64,000 nucleotides of DNA from Psammoneis japonica (lineage: Eukaryota), in contig QPGO01000194.1 of NCBI GenBank assembly GCA_008632985.1, positions 62,001 to 126,000 on the forward strand, written 5' to 3'. The position numbers were made by a program, and so were the translations under genes. Each line of letters starts with the position of its first letter. Position 1 is the first letter of the stretch. Below, piece by piece: positions 51,072-62,034 of the stretch. The notes under the pieces are model-generated. The model saw only the letters and a list, made by a program, of their open reading frames with translations. It had not been told where the DNA came from and ran no database searches.

Positions 51072-52970
51072 TTATCTAACCCAGAAACGGGGTAGGAACG
51101 TCATTACCTGGTTGTTGAGTTGGACTCCAAGTTTGAACTGGGGTTCGTCCTCACGCACAGGTATGACTTGGTGAGGTTTAGCGCCGCCAACATCACTTAG
51201 CAAAGAGTTTGCAGCCTCGAGTCCTGATACAAACGCTCGTTCTTGACAAAGACCTTTGGCGCCATGTTCGCGTTCGCCCATGCGTACCCAGTCACCAGCG
51301 CATTTCACGTTGGGAAGGACATCCTTCCCAGCACCTTCGAGCGGTGGCCGTCTTGAGTAACTGCCGGGCGAGAACCAGCTCACTGTGCCTGGATATTTGC
51401 CTACCCAAGAATCAACCACTTTTGCATCTGCAAACTTTGGAACTGCACTTGGTAGGAGATCTTCGCTCAAGGTACGGACGATCTCTTCGTCACTCAAACT
51501 CATGAGGGAACCGGCATTGTAAAAGTCACAGGCCACTACTGAGCCGCGTGACTCATCGTCACTACTACTATCTTGAGTTTCGCCCCATAACGCTGCGTTG
51601 TCTTCTTGCAGTTGGTCCAACATGAAAAAAGTCCCTCCGGCGCCCCGCAGGGAATCAAAGCGCGAAAATACATTTGCTGGAGTTCTTGTTGGAACTTTGC
51701 GATCAAACCAGATGCGTGATGAAATGACATCGATACCCTTGAGACTAGCTGCCTTTCCAAACTCCGGAATTTTCGCCAAGTCTGGGGATGCGTTAATGAC
51801 GCTCTCCATCCCCTTGCAACCCAAAGCTAAGACCACTCCATCAACATCCTTGATCTCGTGGGTCTTTCCCTTGCCATCTTGGTACGTAATTGTGGATGCC
51901 TTGAGCTTGCTGGCATCTTCTTCTAATGATATTTTCCCCACGCGGCATCCACCAAGTACCTCAAGGTCGTACTCGTCTTGCAGTTTTGTTGCCATGGGTG
52001 CAATCAAAGAGTCGCTAACAGTACCGTTCTTAATCCATCGGACGTCAAAGCTGTCTTGGTGCGCGAGAGCATAATAGTAAAGCAATTCCATGACGACCAA
52101 TGCACTCAATTCTTCTGGTGGCTTAAACAGTCCCACCAAGAGGGTTGGCCGAATAAAGTCATCAACAAGCCTCTTGGATAGCTTGAACTGGACAAAGAGA
52201 TCATGAGCTGTCATACGGTCGTACTGCTCTTGAACTGACTCATCTCCACCCAGGCAGTCAATCGTAGCCAACAGTAAACCAACCATGGATGCACGATCAG
52301 CAAGAGGAATTCGTTCAAAGAGTGGGAAGGTCGCCACAACCTGACCAAGTGGCGAAGGGAGAGTCGGAAACGGTTCATTCGAGAACTGATTAAGAAAGGG
52401 AAGATTTCCGAATACTTCAGGAAGTTTCGCTTCGGAAAAGACAGGCGCAGTAGCCTCAAGCCCATCAGGCGAGTAAAACGATGAGTTCGTAAATGGCGTA
52501 AACACATCGTTTTCATCGAGCTTCAATTCTTCACACAAAGCATTGATGTTGGGGTAGTCTTTCCAAAAACCACGTGTTCCTGCCTCGACAGGCTTGCCCG
52601 TCTTGGAAAGGTATGGTGTGACTCCAGTTGGGTCAGGAAGAGCATCAATTAAGGTAACCTCGGCGTCAATTCCGCTTTCGCAAAGCGCCTTGGCTGCTCC
52701 CCATCCGCCCCAGCCAGCGCCGACAACGACAAACTTCTTGGTCTCCGACGCGAGCTCACGCTCCTGTTCTTTTGCCCATTCCAAGGCGGCTGATTTAATT
52801 TCCGTACCATCGCCTGGGTCTTCTTCTGTATTGCTCATTTGGACCATTGATTGTTTCCTCGAATGATCACAAAAATTACGTTCTAGCGGTCGAACCGCAG
52901 AGTTGCTTCTGACGGAGAAAGCGGCAGAAGAGGAGACGCATAGCAACGACAACAGTGCAAGAATTTCCAT
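51072..52970 (-). CDS. Plastid-targeted flavin-containing amine-oxidase/desaturase-family oxidoreductase
   Basis: Intact 632-aa ORF with a signal peptide ending SSAAF, VVVGAGWGGWGAA, EAGTRGFW, AGDWV and QERAFVSGLEAAN. Confidence 0.9.
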   Translation of the reverse strand: MEILALLSLLCVSSSAAFSVRSNSAVRPLERNFCDHSRKQSMVQMSNTEEDPGDGTEIKSAALEWAKEQERELASETKKFVVVGAGWGGWGAAKALCESGIDAEVTLIDALPDPTGVTPYLSKTGKPVEAGTRGFWKDYPNINALCEELKLDENDVFTPFTNSSFYSPDGLEATAPVFSEAKLPEVFGNLPFLNQFSNEPFPTLPSPLGQVVATFPLFERIPLADRASMVGLLLATIDCLGGDESVQEQYDRMTAHDLFVQFKLSKRLVDDFIRPTLLVGLFKPPEELSALVVMELLYYYALAHQDSFDVRWIKNGTVSDSLIAPMATKLQDEYDLEVLGGCRVGKISLEEDASKLKASTITYQDGKGKTHEIKDVDGVVLALGCKGMESVINASPDLAKIPEFGKAASLKGIDVISSRIWFDRKVPTRTPANVFSRFDSLRGAGGTFFMLDQLQEDNAALWGETQDSSSDDESRGSVVACDFYNAGSLMSLSDEEIVRTLSEDLLPSAVPKFADAKVVDSWVGKYPGTVSWFSPGSYSRRPPLEGAGKDVLPNVKCAGDWVRMGEREHGAKGLCQERAFVSGLEAANSLLSDVGGAKPHQVIPVREDEPQFKLGVQLNNQVMTFLPRFWVR

Positions 52971-53399
52971 CGTCGCAAGAGTTTCGCAGATACCGGTACG
53001 AACAACGAGGGGAATATGTTGTTATGGCGGCGGAGTAGTTAGTCTGATCTACCATACAGCAGAAAGAGGGATACAGTCAGTGCTTTGACCCTCGTCACTC
53101 GTCATCGGATGCAACGTTGATGAGCCAAAAAACAAAGAAAAATCGGAAAGTGAGCGAGCGTGATCCAGATCACGTGACGCACAGGCTCAGCGTGACGTGA
53201 GTAGAGGCCGTACAGTATTCATAGGGCTAGATGATTCAAGATGAGCGAGCTGGCGGTGATGGCCGTCCTGCCTTCATCCGGTGTTGACGATCCAAAAGGA
53301 ACAACAAGCAGTGACGACAACTAACACAGAGCGACAGAGGCATCAACTTTTTGATCGCAACACTTGCGCAACACAGATGTGTCATTACATTACAGTGAT

Positions 53400-56300
53400 T
53401 CATCACTCTGATTCTTGTCAGAATCCCGCAGCATTTTTGACATTTTTTCTCAAAGAGAAGCTGTGGCAGCTGCTGTTTTCCTGCTCAGCCACACGCCAAC
53501 AAAATGAGCGAGTGCACACTCTGGCTGGAAGGCATGCAAAGCCCATCTTGTGGGGGAGAAGCCCAAAGCACCAGGAGGGGCACTTGTTGTTGGCCTCCCA
53601 GATGAGAACCATCTTCTTTGGTGGCAAGCTGTGCTGCTCTGGGGCCACAGAGTGGCGGACGATGGCTGCCTCCCCACAGCAACCACAGGCCTTGTTTCGC
53701 AGCACGCTCGGCTTTCTCTCTGTCTCTGTGGCCTCTTTTGCATCTGACTTTGTTGTGAAAGGCAACAGATTTTTGTTTTTGCAATGCTGTGCATGAATGT
53801 TGATTGCTGAAGGTGATGGTCATGTTGACACCTTCAAAATCTCAATGGAGAACATCAAGCAAGTGACAGTGGTCATCCACTGGGTTTCTCTGCCAAAATG
53901 AAAGCGATCAAAAATGATTGCTGATGAAAACATTTTGGTCAGCAATCAAAATTGATGACTCATCACAAGCAAGCAATCAAAAATGATTGGTCACAACTGA
54001 GTCATGAGCACAAGTGTGGGTGAAGATTTGCTCAACATTTTGACAGCCAATCAAAGTTGATCACCAGCCAGCAATTTTCAGCAAAAAATGCAGCAGAAGT
54101 GATGAAAACTGACACACACAAAAAGACATTGGGCATGGTTGATTTGCCAAACAACCCAATTTCCATCACTTGCACATGAAAACACACAATGACCAAAATT
54201 TGCAGACAGTGCAGGAGGGCATTGAGCCCCTGGTCACAGCTCTTCTGCCCCCCTTCTCAGCTGCCAGCTGTCCTCTCCAGCTGTTTCAGATGTGCTCCAG
54301 CTTTGGGCAGGACCTTGCACTGCTGCTGCACTGTGACATCAAGAGTTTTTTCTGTTTTTCAAAGACAAGCACTTTCCACATTTTGCGCTCATGACAACAC
54401 AAATGGGCTGGGCATGACCTCAATGTCTGAAAAGTGCACCCAGTCAAAAATTGCATGATGTGCCTCAAGCAGCATCATGGAGGAGGAGGAGAAGCATTTG
54501 CACGATTGCCTCTTTTCCTGCTGGCAATTGCTCACATGTGTTCATGGCTCAACAGCTTTGCTGCGGAGCTTGCACACAAAAAAATTTTGCAGGCCCAATG
54601 TCGCGTGCAGCCCCACCCACCTGCTGGGGCAATGGCGCGCTCCTCTGGACAAGGCAAGGCACAGACAGATGACAGAGTTTCAATTCAGTGCGATTGCTGG
54701 GCTTCCAGAAGAGCACTGTTCTTTCATTGGCCACCCAGTGGCTGGGACTGCAGACTTTTTCATGTTGGTCAGCCAGCCAGTCGTCAGTCAGCCAGGATGT
54801 GTGGATGTTGGGATGTCAGGGTGCTGGCTGGGATGCTGGGATGTTGGCATTTGAAAGTGCGCCCCTCTGAATTTGGAGCAGCATGGGTTGCTCAGCACAC
54901 GCGAGCTGCTCAGATTCTCAGAATGATCTTTGAGATGCTGGAGTTCACGTGGGCTTCCCAAAAAATCTGCAAATTTCCCATGATGGGCTCATGGAGCACT
55001 CAGCTCTTGACAAGTGTGCTTTGTTGCCAGTTGTGGACATGTTCCAGCTCCAGGTGGGACCTCGCACTGCCAAACTGTGACATCAACAGTTTTTTGGATC
55101 ACGCTGCATGTTGCACATGCAGATGGCTGCGTGTGATGTTCCATGAAATTGTTTCATGCTTCCTGTTTTGTGCAGCCAAAGGCTTTCTGTTTTCAACATT
55201 TGTGACAATGAAAATGTGCTGGGCATGTTCTTCAATGTCTGCAGAATGTGCCCATGCAAGCTGTTGTTGATGTGCTCAAAGTGTGAAGGAGGAGACACGT
55301 TCATCAAACCGCCTCTTTTTCTGTTGGCAATGATTCACATTTTCATCACTTGACAAATTTGCTGCGGAGCTTGCACGTGGGATTCTGTGGGCACAATGTC
55401 ACATGGTGTCCCACCTGGGATTGGAACCCATCTGTGCGCGAGGCAGCCATGCCAGAAAAAGCACGCCAAGCAACAAGTGCATCATCGGCGTGGTGTGCTG
55501 TTTTGGTGGCAACTCAATGAGTCACCAACAATGCTGGTCTGCACTGCAGCCCTGAACACGGCATGAGCCATCTGGCACAATGGCGGCCCACACCGCCGCT
55601 CATGGCAGATGTGTTCCAGCCGCACGTGACACAAATCGTGTGCAAAAACGACGTTTGTGCAATTTTTGCGCAGTCACTTGCAAACAAAATTTCACTGCCA
55701 AAAGCACAGATTTATCCAAAACTGGATGTTTTGCAACACTGGCAAGACTTGCATCAGTGTTGCAATGTCATTGTTTTTGTGCCATCCATGTTTTTCATTG
55801 TGGCAAACGAGCCTCAACACAACGGACAATTTTTGGCAAAATTGTTGCGGTTGTTTGAATGTCAAATTGAGCGATTTTTTCACAAGACCTTCTGGTGGGT
55901 GTTTTGCCTGCAACCAAAAATCTGCGCTCAATGTGCTGATGCACAATCAGCACTGAGTCTGCAGAGGGAGTTCACGATGCATGTCACGTGCAGAAATGAG
56001 TGCCAACAAAAACACTGTTTGTGTGTTCATGCTCCAGACACCTGCAAAAGCTCACCCACCTGAGTGTTTCATGTTGAAATGCTCCACACATGAGAGATGC
56101 ACAACTCATGTTCAAAACAGATTGTCGTTTTGTGTGCCATCCAGGGCTGGAACATGTCAGTGGCGGTTGTGCACAAAACACACAAAGTTGAAGAAGAGGC
56201 AAGTGGCCAACGCTCCCCTTGGGCTGCTTTTTGCAGTTGCATCACACCAGCTGTTGCCAAAAGGAGCCGTGCTTGTTCTAACAGCAGCGGGGGTCATTGC

Positions 56301-56520
56301 AGCTCTCAGAGTCATTGCGCAGAAATTGCACAGAAGAGCGCCAGAAACAACTGCTGCCGGTCTGTCCGCCCTTCCACACTCGAATGTCAACTTCTCAGGA
56401 AATCAATTGAAATGTCATCTGACCAAAGGCACTGCTCTTCACCATGCAAATCAAAATGCCTTTGGTCTGATGACATTTCAATTGAGTTCCCGAAAAGTCA
56501 CCAGCTCCAATCACCCTCTC
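53400..56520. other. TpA/CpG-depleted block 3; unidentified element with a diverged internal duplication
   Basis: Same composition as blocks 1-2. ~54230-54600 resembles ~54990-55400 (ctgtgacatcaa, ctgggcatg, tttgctgcggagcttgcac). Confidence 0.7.
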
Positions 56521-56622
56521 GTATGACATTGTGTACATTTCTACACGATTCGGTGTTTTTCCTCAAATGTAAAATTCTAATTATGACTCTTCCGACATCT
56601 TCGAATGATCCTGTTGGGAGTT

Positions 56623-56663
56623 TGCGCACAAAATGCGCACAGAATGCGCACAAAATGCGCACA
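56623..56663. repeat. (tgcgcacaaaa)-like 11-bp repeat x4 at the block edge
   Basis: Direct reading. Confidence 0.85.
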
Positions 56664-58770
56664 CCTCAGCAGAAAGATACCCGGATTTTACGGAGGCAGG
56701 TCGGACGCTCCACGCCGCCTGACGGACGCTCGAAGGCCGCACATCACATCGCATCACCCCAGCCCGAAAATCGACCATGACGTCTTATTCGTTTCAAGCC
56801 AGCTGTCTCCGACAACACACTGCACACGCACCTGCCGATTCTTCGATCTTACAAATTCGTCGTTCGGCTGCAAAAGAAACTGTTCCTCAGAGCTGGGCCA
56901 GTTGGCGTCAGGTGAAACAGCAGAAAAAGCGCGGAATGAACGTTGATCGTGCTTTTGCGATAATTCGAGCTCAATCCCTCCGACAATCACGCATCACACC
57001 ACCACCGAGTAGCGTTTGTGTCGACGTTCGAAACATCTGGTCTTAAATGAGGCAGTTCGCACAAAGGTCTTTAAAAGAAAATGATGCGGGAGCTTCAGTG
57101 CCCATTGCGGATTCTTCTAGCTAGACAGCAGACAGCACATTTTTAAGAAGAGACGAGTCGGTTGCTCTGGAGCGAAAAGATAAAATCTCCAGCCAGTGGA
57201 AATCGCCGCTTGGAGGACATGCAGTTGATGACCCACCGTGTGCGGCATGTTGCAAGGCAAAGTTGAACAAACAACGGTGCAATTACTGTCCTATGTTTCG
57301 AATTGTTATCGCCGGGTCTGCGCAGCCAAGCTTGGTGCACATTGCAAAAGTGAGACTACAGTACAAGTTGACTTGGTCAGATGACGGCGTGAAACAAGAA
57401 AGCCTCTTACGGGAGAAGGGGTAGTGTTGGCACATCAACAAGAGCGCTCGTGAAAAGCTATTTCCCTTGACGATTGCTTCCAACCTACGCTTGTTGTCGT
57501 TACAAGATAGACGTGTGGCATTTTTCGAAATGAGATGGGAACCGTGGGCGCGGATGGCACAATTCAGGGGAGGCCCAGCGATCATTGGGCTGGATTTCCC
57601 GCTGTCTACAGCACCATGACCTAAACGACCCTCCCGACGTCATCAGATTTAGAGTTTCTGTGTTGGGTCGAGCACTGAGATGGTGAGAGACTTCTGTGCC
57701 AACTCATTGCACTCTTTTGTGCAACATGTCTCGAATCAGTAAGCAAGGGTTGACTAATGCAGGTGTCAGAACGATGTCCGAGCACACCGAATCGATTGAA
57801 AGGAAGAGCAAGCCTTTTTTGACAAGGCTCTGGATGTTCAATTTTCCTGTAGTATGGCGGGAGATAATACTCTTCCACGGTGGTAAGAAGAAGAATGTGC
57901 TGCAGCAGAGAAGGTCCGTTGTTGTTGAAAGGCAGCGGAAAGTCGGAAAGTTGTAGCTATACTCGATTTTTATAGATAGTTCGAATCGGTACGCTTGCTC
58001 CCGCCTGCAAGCAGGGATGTTCAGCATTGACCGTGTCTGTATGCTCCGACCCGAAAGACTTTGACGTAAATACATTGTGACTGCTGACGCCAACATTATT
58101 GGTAAACTTCGCCAAGAGTCGAGAATGGAAGGGTTTGGCTCTCGAGGAAGCAAATGCTGCAGAGCATGTGAAATCTGCAGACCCATTGAGTGTTGCGTAT
58201 TATTTCAACTATATCACAATGATATATTCTCTGCCATGAGGAGTAAGTGGAAAAAGCAGAGCTCTATCGACGCCGCTTTTCTTTCTCTGGGAAAAGGACG
58301 ACGATGTGGCGTTATCTGTAGCAAGTATCGAGTGAGTAAGGTCAATTCAGTTCGCTGTATGGAATACACTTAATTTTGTGAATGATCTATGTGGAAGCCT
58401 GTGCAGCAATTCAAGCGTAGCGTTTTTCATCCTGTGAAGCGCAACGAAACTTACCGTGTGGGTTTCCGAACAAAAACCGCGGAATGAACTATTCCATCTT
58501 AATCTAATGTACCGGCACAGTGCTATCACAATGTATCCTATGTAAGCAACACTGTTTTTCCCTGATACAATCTGGTTACTAGAATAGCAACTTTTTCTAC
58601 CCTACACTACTACTTGTGGACCGACCATGTTGACGGTGCGAGGACCATCGACAAGTTGAAAAAAGTATGGCACCAAGTGAGTACAGAAAATGAAGTTTCA
58701 GGGCTGCTTGCGATGAGTGCAGCGACATGTTTCTCTGCGAATGAATCACCACTCCATATGACAACAAATA

Positions 58771-59954
58771 CTAAAGATTCGAATTGTTGGCAGAATCGTC
58801 ACCCGCTGCATCGGAGTCCGTGATAGAATCGAGGTCATCAACCGAATACTCGCTACCGTCCGAAGAAATTTCAGACCCTAGAGAATCAGCCTTCCTTTTA
58901 CAAGGAGTGAAAACATAGGATGCTGCATCGGAGTCCGTGATAGAATCGAGTTCATCAACCGAATACTCGCTACCGTCCGAAGAAATATCAGACCCTAGAG
59001 AATCAGCCTTCCTTTAACAAGGAGTGAAAACATAGGATGCTGCATCGGAGTCCGTGATAGAATCGAGTTCATCAACCGAATACTCGCTACCGTCCGAAGA
59101 AATATCAGACCCTAGAGAATCAGCCTTCCTTTTACAAGGAGTGAAAACATAGGATGCTGCATCGGAGTCCGTGATAGAATCGAGTTCATCAACCGAATAC
59201 TCGCTACCGTCCGAAGAAATATCAGACCCTAGAGAATCAGCCTTCCTTTTACAAGGAGTGAAAACATAGGATGCTGCATCGGAGTCCGTGATAGAATCGA
59301 GTTCATCAACCGAATACTCGCTACCGTCCGAAGAAATATCAGACCCTAGAGAATCAGTCTCCTTCTTGCAAGGAGTGAAAACATAAGAGACGGCACCCGA
59401 AACGCGAGAGAGAAAAGATTCTGTGATGTAGGAATGACACACGATATACATATGTGAGTTACATGATGAAAAGAAGTATATGCCATGTATTTGATGTGCC
59501 TTTTCATTTACTTACTCCTCGGAGTTTCCATTGCCTCTTGTGCCTCTTCCTCCGTATCGTCCGCCAGGTGAGGCACCGTCTCCTCTTCTCCTTTCGAGGA
59601 TGTAAGAAGCGCAATGATCTCCTTGGTGCGATTTTCAGTCGACGACTTGAGATCAGCCTTGCTCTGCCTCATCTCAGCAAACGCTTCTTTTGCGAGGTCC
59701 TTTGCTTGGTCCTTTGCTTGGTCCTTGATGCGGGCTAGCTCGGTTTGGTAAATTTCGAAATCAAGTTGGTTCTGCTTAGCCAACCAAGCAATGGCAGTTT
59801 GATGGTTCACCGGCAGAGTGGGCACAATGGCCGCAAACATGTTTTCGGCCGGTGATGGTGCAACAGCAGCGTCAGCGGGCTCGACTACCGTTCCGGCAGC
59901 TGGCACGACAGCAGCACCGGCATTTGGTTCTACGACAGCACCCGAAGCTGACAT
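58771..59954 (-). CDS. Hypothetical protein with 5 x 39-aa acidic Ser-rich repeats; one unit carries an in-frame TAA
   Basis: Exon 1 MSASGAVVEP..ETPR; GTAAGT..CACAG intron (~59421-59515) splices in frame into SFLSRVSGAV(SYVFTPCKRKADSLGSDISSDGSEYSVDELDSITDSDAA)n. Confidence 0.6.
58805..59387. repeat. 117-bp near-perfect tandem repeat, 5 units
   Basis: Unit starts at 58805, 58922, 59039, 59156 and 59273. Confidence 0.98.
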
Positions 59955-60352
59955 GTTGCGCTTCGAGATGCAACAACTCTACAACTCTCGACGATGACAT
60001 TGTTCGGGTAGGTGTGCTTTTGGTTTTTATTTATGTCCGTTAGTCGTGGGTCGTCTGTCCACCGACCCGAATAAGTCCGGCTATCCAGCAGTTCCTCCCA
60101 GCCAGATAGAAGAAGAAGAGAAAAGGAAAAGGAAGGAAAAAATAAACATTAATGAAGGTTTGAAAGGGTGCGCTGCAGTGCCGTAGTGCGTGCAGTAGTG
60201 AAGACGGACGTAGACAGGTGCAGACGCGCCACGTGGAATTTGGTGCGAAGTGTCATACGTTTGCGTGCGCAGAAGGATGTGGATCGCCAACGGCTGGAAT
60301 AAAGCAGCACACCACACAGCAGTGAGTGCAGCTCTGTCATCACGGTGCTAGA

Positions 60353-61824
60353 ATGGCGGAGGACAACATCGTTGCGTCTGGCAAAGCAGAGGATGCAGCA
60401 GCTCCGGAAGTCATGGCAGAACTTGCGGGCGCCGAAGGCGCGGCGGCAGCTGCCATGACTGCACTTGGCGCCGAGGGAAGTGCCGAGGGTGTGTCCGTCG
60501 TGTCCAAACATGCAAGGATGTTGGAGAAGCCGGCGCAGTCCCAAACTGAAAAGAGTGAGAAAGCCGTGCCGCCGGAGCCAACCTTTCAAATTTGTGGTTG
60601 GGATGAAGCACAGCAGCTGGGTCACACCGCCGAGCAGCTCCTTGAGGCCGGTTACAAGATCGAGTTGGTGGGTGATCAGGCCACCTTTGTGAAACCGGAG
60701 GTCCCACCTTTTTGCAGCGGCAAAAGTGAGGAGGCAGCCAAGCCCGCAGCCAAAGTGGACGCGAAAGCAACGGCGGAAGAGGAAGAAGAAGGAAAGCAAT
60801 TTCCGGACCCCAACGATCTGTCATTCGACTTGTGGGACTGGGTGTTGCGGCACGAAAAATCCGATAAATTCCAGGAGTCCATGTGCCTTGTGAAGGATGC
60901 GCCGAACAATCCCGACCTCTGGCTCCCCGCGCTGGGAGAACTGGGGTGCATCAGGAGCGACCCTGAAGCCGTCGCGAATGCTCACGGCGAACACTGCAAG
61001 TGGGTGTGGAGGTGCCGCACGGAAGTCGGTGAGAGGGGCATCCCAGACTCAACGCCGAAGAGCAACAAAGGGTTCAAGACCGCCGTCGAGGCTTTCGAAG
61101 CGGGGTGGTCGCTCGCACTGGTCTGTCTCGTGAAGAGAGTAAGTGCAGAAGTGTGCACATTTGGATGAGGCGCCGTGTCACTTAACCTGCGTTGTTTTGC
61201 CTCGAAAAGTCCGTTCGCTCCGCAGGCCCCAAGGAGGTGGAGGTGGGCGAGCTGCGCGCATCGCAACGGAGGGGCGCAGGCATTGGTTTTTTTGCTTTGC
61301 GCCAGTTCCAGAAAGGCAGCACGGTTGGAATCTACGTGGGCCCCAGGGTGCCCGGTGCGACGAGGAGCCACTCGTGGCACGACCACGACAGCAAGTTTGG
61401 AGAAGACCACAGCGTGCACTGCTCCACCATCCGTGACAGCGAGGGCTGCTACGTCACAGTGGAGCCAAAACCGCTTGATTTTAGCGGTCCAGGGAACAAG
61501 AATTCCCATCCACTCTACCTCGGAATGCACTGCGTGAACGATGCCACCGAGTCATTCAAGGACAAGAAGAAGATCAAGGCAAGCCAACACGCGGACAACA
61601 ACTGCGAGTTCTACAATGACGGGTGCTTGGCAGTCACGAAGCGAATCATGCCCGGGGAGGAATTTCTCTGCAGATGCAACTTGGACGAATCGGAGAAGAA
61701 GAAGAAGAAGAGGAAGGCGACGTCGGGTGCCATGAATCGGAAGAAGAAATGTGTCTACTCCCCAAGTCGGGGGGGGAGAAGCTCTGCATCTGGCAAAACG
61801 TTTGCCGTGCAGTGTGCTCTGTAA
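60353..61824 (+). CDS. SET-domain protein, possibly pseudogenised (TpA-mutated; intron ~61139-61225 with a 1-nt phase mismatch)
   Basis: GAGIGFFALRQFQKGSTVGIYVG, LYLGMHCVND and NCEF..DG.LAVTKRIMPGEEFLCRCN (SET I..GEEL...Y, with the Tyr apparently as Cys). Confidence 0.75.
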
Positions 61825-62034
61825 ATTAGCAGCACAGTGTGTTGGTGTTTTTCAGCGAAACTGCAGCATTAGTTGGAAAGGCGTAGCCCCAGTTGTGGTT
61901 CGAAAAATGGGAACGAGGAAAAACAGAAAGTCGGTAAATTTGCGCAAATGTGGTAAATCAGCAGGCACCTGCACAGTCGCCTGAGCACAGAAAGTCAGTG
62001 AATTTATGCAAATTTAGCAAGTTATTTTGTGCTG

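Noticed and set aside
56750..58750. Protein-coding gene
   Set aside because: Only short ORFs with no recognisable motif, so I cannot support a call.
58805..59387. CRISPR array
   Set aside because: Pure head-to-tail 117-bp units without spacers, in a eukaryotic context with no cas genes.
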